Assembly (NCBI GenBank): GCA_012295275.1
Contig: CM022679.1
Location: 8,494,001 to 8,558,000, forward strand
Source: Chrysomallon squamiferum
Lineage: Eukaryota; Animalia; Mollusca
Length of the DNA stretch: 64,000 bases
Direction: 5' to 3'
The translations under genes were made by a program, and so were the position numbers. Below, piece by piece: positions 61,939 to 64,000 of this stretch (position 1 is the first letter of the stretch; the number at the start of each line of letters is the position of its first letter). The notes below the pieces were generated by a model. The model ran no database searches, was not told the origin of the DNA, and saw nothing but the letters and a program-made list of their open reading frames with translations.

Positions 61939-64000
61939 TTACAAAAGTAAAGAAAACAAAGGTGGCTGTTTTGGGCCATCTTGTGGTGACTGCCTCCGAC
62001 GTTGTTGTGGTTGTTGTTCTTGTTGTTCTCCACACTGATCTGTTTGCACATCTGAATCTTCTCCACCAATCAGAGATGGTCTTTGCTGTGCAGGTACACT
62101 TGGTTCTCCTGCAACTCTGTTGTGAGAAACTGAGACATTGTCTGATACAAGATGTAAATTATTAACACTTGATAAAACAGAAGTTTGCGGGACACTAGTG
62201 TCAGGGGTTGAAGCAGGTGGGGAAAACATTGACAAGTCTGAAGAGAATGGTTGGTGATATCGTGGATGAAGACTAGTTATAGGTCTAGCAGATCCACTTG
62301 ATGATGTCGGTACAGATGACCTTGATCTAAATGATGCTGGGGCAATGAAAATGGGTGGATTGGGTCTAGCTTGTGACACCACTTTGGATTTCGCTTCAAC
62401 TGTGTTAGTCTGCTTTTTAAATGAGTTTTCAGAACCAGTAGTTATAACACTGCCATCCTTGATAGGGCTATGTTTTGAGTCTGTTGAAAGAATTGTATTT
62501 TTGTTGACTGGTGAAGGAAGTAAAAATTCTTTCCATGATGACTGTGTCTCCATTTTTTGTGAGATATTTGAATTCACCTCATATGATTTAACTGGCATGA
62601 TGCTGGTTGTATATTTTGGTCTTGCCCCACCAAAACCATTTGACATACTGGTCATGTTGTGTGGTTCTTTATCTGATGGTTTTGAAAGATTTCGTCCTTC
62701 ATATGGGTGAAAGGCTGAAGCAGATGATCCAAATTTTAAAGGCATCAGTGGAGAAACATTTAAATCTTTAGAATTGATTTCAGTATCAACAAAATCAATA
62801 TGGTCAGATACACTGAAGGACGGAACTGAAGTATGATTCCCTCCAACATTTGGTGATACCAAACATTTCATGTCTTGGCCAGAACTAGTATCAACTACAT
62901 TTTCCAAAGACATATTATCCTTATATAGTTTACCTGAATCTTCTTTCACTTCGGTATCTTGGCGCCCTTCAGGTTCAAGTCTTAGATGAAAGGCTGGAGA
63001 CTCAAAGTTCTGTAACATGTTCACTTTGTCTCTTCTACATACAGATGGAGGGTTTATAGATAATTTGTTTATGTTTTCATATTCATTATCATATGTTTCT
63101 GTTTGGCTTAATGTAGATGTCAAAGGTAAATTGGATGGCCTTGATGTTGAAGATGTAGAAACAGGAAACTGATAGTTGGACAAATTACCACTACCTGCAG
63201 TATCAGAACTTCTTCTGTGCTGTGTTTCTTCCATAATTTTCCTACTTTTATCAGTAGATGATTTACTTCTCTGATTACTGTTGAGATTATCTGAAAACTC
63301 ATGGTTTGCCAAATACAAGGCACGAACATCTGGATCCAAACTTGGAGGTGTATTTGGAGGCTTAATGTTTTCAGTCTGTTGATTCTGCCACTGCTGAGCA
63401 TTATCTGGAGGAATGTTAGGAGGTAAAACATCAACTCTTTCAGATGGTGGTTCATAAGGTGGCAATTCTTCTTCATCAAAGGCAGTGGGCAATAAATCCT
63501 CTTGATAATTTTCAGAACATTCCCTACTTTGTACCTGCTGTCGATGCTGAAGGAGATTATCATTGGCAATATTTTCATATTCAATTGCAGACCTGGCAGT
63601 GTGATAATTACATCGCCTGTTTCCTCTGGAGGAAGCAGATTGTTCATGTTTTCTCCTGTGTCTGTGAGAATGATACGATCCATCACTTCCACGTCGATCT
63701 CCTCTTGATGTTTCCCTCCTGTTAGAAGTACTGGCTTTTTTAGATCTTGACGGGCGTCTAGAAGACCTATGACATCCAGTAAGTGGAACTCTACTCTCGG
63801 AGTTGGACTGACAAACATTCTTACGAAGTGTTCGACCACTGGATTTTTTAACTTTAGTTTCACAAACTGGCTGATGTCTGTCATACACAATGTATTTCAG
63901 ACACACTATCAGTGATATAATATTTCCAAGGAAACTCAGAAATGATAAAACCAAAGTTGTTGCATGAACCAAAACTGTTGCTGTGTGTCTTTTTGTGTGT
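61939..64000 (-). CDS. 3'-terminal coding part of a membrane protein: one hydrophobic TM segment then about 640 aa of Ser/Pro/Asn-rich disordered tail; 5' truncated by the window edge
   Basis: The frame is open from 64000 (HTKRHTATVLVHATTLVLSFLSFLGNIISLIVCLKYIVY...) to the stop at 61941-61939. More than 2 kb without a stop in AT-rich DNA is unlikely by chance. Contains LPPY and ends PPLFSLLL*. Family not recognisable with confidence. Confidence 0.8.
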   Translation of the reverse strand, partial: HTKRHTATVLVHATTLVLSFLSFLGNIISLIVCLKYIVYDRHQPVCETKVKKSSGRTLRKNVCQSNSESRVPLTGCHRSSRRPSRSKKASTSNRRETSRGDRRGSDGSYHSHRHRRKHEQSASSRGNRRCNYHTARSAIEYENIANDNLLQHRQQVQSRECSENYQEDLLPTAFDEEELPPYEPPSERVDVLPPNIPPDNAQQWQNQQTENIKPPNTPPSLDPDVRALYLANHEFSDNLNSNQRSKSSTDKSRKIMEETQHRRSSDTAGSGNLSNYQFPVSTSSTSRPSNLPLTSTLSQTETYDNEYENINKLSINPPSVCRRDKVNMLQNFESPAFHLRLEPEGRQDTEVKEDSGKLYKDNMSLENVVDTSSGQDMKCLVSPNVGGNHTSVPSFSVSDHIDFVDTEINSKDLNVSPLMPLKFGSSASAFHPYEGRNLSKPSDKEPHNMTSMSNGFGGARPKYTTSIMPVKSYEVNSNISQKMETQSSWKEFLLPSPVNKNTILSTDSKHSPIKDGSVITTGSENSFKKQTNTVEAKSKVVSQARPNPPIFIAPASFRSRSSVPTSSSGSARPITSLHPRYHQPFSSDLSMFSPPASTPDTSVPQTSVLSSVNNLHLVSDNVSVSHNRVAGEPSVPAQQRPSLIGGEDSDVQTDQCGEQQEQQPQQRRRQSPQDGPKQPPLFSLLL

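Noticed and set aside
62345-63890. Overlapping ORFs 62345-62710, 63120-63890, 63444-63725
   Set aside because: Alternate-frame or antisense shadows of the long minus-strand terminal exon.

Overview
AT-rich, microsatellite-rich genomic DNA from an invertebrate animal (spliceosomal GT-AG introns; a lophotrochozoan such as a mollusc is a guess, not shown). Manual splice-aware reading recovers seven genes. (+) Choline O-acetyltransferase: 13 firm exons at 6081-21187 and a candidate first coding exon at 1584-1679. (+) A 1346-aa EF-hand/WD40 protein of the WDR49/WDR64/EFCAB8/WDY type, 25865-32422. (-) Mu-crystallin/ketimine reductase CRYM, 33310-39038. (+) Nucleoporin NUP85, 39664-49973, 22 exons. 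(-) TMEM104, 50814-55626. (+) NAT9, 56242-59254, with an apparent 1-nt frameshift in an A-run. (-) The large terminal exon of a membrane protein with a long disordered tail, running off the right edge. The most striking structure is a 20-copy tandem array (6369-7416) of the ChAT 3' splice acceptor plus the first 13 codons of the exon. Only the last copy continues into the real exon; every upstream acceptor leads to a premature stop or frameshift. Also noted: two TA-flanked TIR MITEs (one with a transposase N-terminus remnant), a dispersed repeat present twice in ChAT introns, a candidate zero-length recursive splice site in a NUP85 intron, a sharp CpG-rich to CpG-poor transition near 32.5 kb, and a TMEM104/NAT9 head-to-head pair as in human. 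Most short ORFs in the supplied track are microsatellite or antisense artefacts.
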